Origin: a virus
Taxonomy: Duplodnaviria; Heunggongvirae; Uroviricota; Caudoviricetes
IMG/VR virus record: IMGVR_UViG_3300047476_000806
DNA: 64,000 bases
Reading direction: 5' to 3' (one strand)
The translations under genes and the position numbers were made by a program. Numbering within the stretch: the first letter of the stretch is position 1; every line of letters begins with the position of its first letter. Shown here in pieces: positions 63,017 to 64,000 of the stretch. The notes under the pieces were generated by a model. The model searched no databases and had not been told where the DNA came from. It saw nothing but the letters and a program-made list of their open reading frames with translations.

Positions 63017-63092
63017 TGGTACACGGTACGGGAATCGAACCCGTCCTACTGACGTGAAAGGCCAGTGTTCTAAACCGATAAACTAACCGTGT
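63017..63092 (-). tRNA. tRNA-Glu(TTC)
   Basis: Anticodon loop CTTTCAC. T arm ACGGG/TTCGATT/CCCGT. Perfect acceptor ACACGGT/ACCGTGT. CCA encoded. Confidence 0.75.
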
Positions 63093-63141
63093 ATATAACA
63101 TCTAAATTGTTAATGAACGATAAAACTAAACTACTAAAAAC

Positions 63142-63175
63142 AAAAAACCCGACTTTTTTAGGGTCGGGTTCTATA
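63142..63175. terminator. rho-independent terminator, strongest on the minus strand, at the upstream edge of the tRNA island
   Basis: aaaaaCCCGACtttttaGGGTCGGGtt. The minus-strand reading ends in TTTTTGTTTTT. Confidence 0.55.
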
Positions 63176-63477
63176 AATTTATTATGATACTCTAAACTTA
63201 CAAACCCGACCCTCGTTTCTCAATCGCATAATCCCATGAGCGTGAGCCAGCATTCATCGGCTGTGCATTAAACACTGCTAATAAATTGCTCGTACTGAGA
63301 TGTAAGTTTGTTTTGTTCATACGTTTATTTATACAACTTTTTTCTAAAAAATTAAAAAATTTAAAAAATACTTTTAAAATGTGTCATCCAGAAGTTTAGC
63401 ATAATATGAATACAAGTAATCATTTCTACTATTCTCATGAACCACCATATTCTATCTCGTTCAGGATGTTTCATAAT

Positions 63478-63551
63478 TGGTTGCGGTCGAACGAATTGCA
63501 CGTTGTCTCTAGCTTATGAGGCTAGCGAGTTTCTGTTACTCTACCACCGCA
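63478..63551 (-). pseudogene. degenerate tRNA-like gene with a CAT anticodon arm
   Basis: Perfect anticodon arm CTAGC/CTCATAA/GCTAG. Acceptor TGCGGTG/GACCGCA (6 of 7 bp) plus ACCA. The T-loop is TGCAATT (U55 replaced by G). The D-loop lacks the GG dinucleotide. Confidence 0.35.
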
Positions 63552-63568
63552 ATATTCTTAATCAATCT

Positions 63569-63597
63569 TATTTATAAAAAATTATATTCTATTTATA
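63569..63597 (-). promoter_or_regulatory. two tandem TATAAATA late-promoter motifs upstream of the degenerate CAT tRNA-like gene
   Basis: Plus-strand tatttata at 63569-63576 and 63590-63597, which read TATAAATA on the minus strand. Confidence 0.4.
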
Positions 63598-63610
63598 ACA
63601 GTTTGTCAAC

Positions 63611-63868
63611 TTATTTATCTAAATTCTTATAAGTCACTTCACCATTTTCATCTTCATAAGAGACTCCAGCCCAAAAGAAAGGTTTCTCTTTGAATACTTT
63701 AGCTTGTTCTTCACTGTATTCATTGATATCAATCTTCAATAGACCTAGATATTCTTCCCAATTGTAGTCTGCTTTATCAGCAATCTCAAAAGCTTTCTCT
63801 TTAGATTCAGCTTCAATTACATGTACATGTCTAAATGTACTGAGTGTTTCAACAATATATCTTGGCAT
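63611..63868 (-). CDS. hypothetical protein (85 aa)
   Basis: ORF. Confidence 0.35.
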   Translation of the reverse strand: MPRYIVETLSTFRHVHVIEAESKEKAFEIADKADYNWEEYLGLLKIDINEYSEEQAKVFKEKPFFWAGVSYEDENGEVTYKNLDK

Positions 63869-64000
63869 ATTATTCCTTTAATTGACTCAATTCAACTTCA
63901 AAATCTACTAGAGAATCCCATCTAAAACTACGCCAGCCTTCATTATCTAAGTCATAAACAGCTTGCACATCTTCAGATTTTGCTCTCCATGGATTATCAT

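Noticed and set aside
56890-63600. CRISPR array or other direct-repeat array in the tRNA region
   Set aside because: The periodic about 80-bp repeats of GGTTCGAATCC-like sequence are tRNA T arms, not CRISPR repeats. No spacer and repeat regularity or cas genes are present.

Overview
This window is from an AT-rich T4-type (Straboviridae-like) myovirus genome and contains four distinct blocks plus one standout accessory island. Block 1 (1-21.2 kb): a late structural locus. On the minus strand lies a translationally coupled baseplate operon: a >1250-aa partial structural protein, then gp8-, gp7-, gp6-, gp25-like proteins, an HxH-tipped beta-helix spike, the gp5 N-terminal OB domain, a hub-like protein and gp53. 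Divergently on the plus strand lie a gp4-like head completion protein, a tail-tube-family protein, a chaperone-like protein and a 679-aa tape measure. T4 late-promoter motifs (TATAAATA) are present. Block 2 (21.2-48.8 kb): gp32 SSB followed by a long early/accessory region of tightly packed small ORFs on the minus strand. Many of these ORFs follow copies of a repeated sigma70-type promoter (TTGACA-N16-TATAAT or TATACT). Recognisable genes here are a HAD nucleotidase, a secreted thermonuclease and a SleB-type cell-wall hydrolase (both with signal peptides and late promoters), an SGNH hydrolase, a metallophosphoesterase adjacent to an RNA ligase, DexA, an SPFH lipoprotein, PhoH, a PD-(D/E)XK nuclease, a GT2 glycosyltransferase with a cytidylyltransferase-cupin fusion, RNase H and a true GroES homolog. 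A 23-aa PqqA-like (PQQ precursor) peptide gene sits here with its own RBS and terminator. Block 3 (48.8-56.4 kb, plus strand): a bacterial-like envelope island encoding two paralogous membrane-anchored proteins, CsgF- and CsgG-like curli secretion components, a curlin-repeat secreted protein, a FecR-domain protein, an autotransporter-like outer-membrane beta-barrel protein and a CHASE2-sensor class III nucleotidyl cyclase. This island is the most likely candidate for a previously undescribed phage-encoded system. Block 4 (56.9-63.6 kb, minus strand): a tRNA island with at least 24 tRNA genes at regular 5-8 nt spacing. It includes two Leu-anticodon tRNAs with short (class I) variable arms and several tRNA-sized degenerate slots, and is interleaved with an HNH endonuclease, a Pol-beta-type nucleotidyltransferase, an LMW-PTP-like protein and a 2OG-oxygenase-like protein. 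All calls come from reading the sequence and ORF translations by eye; no database search was run.
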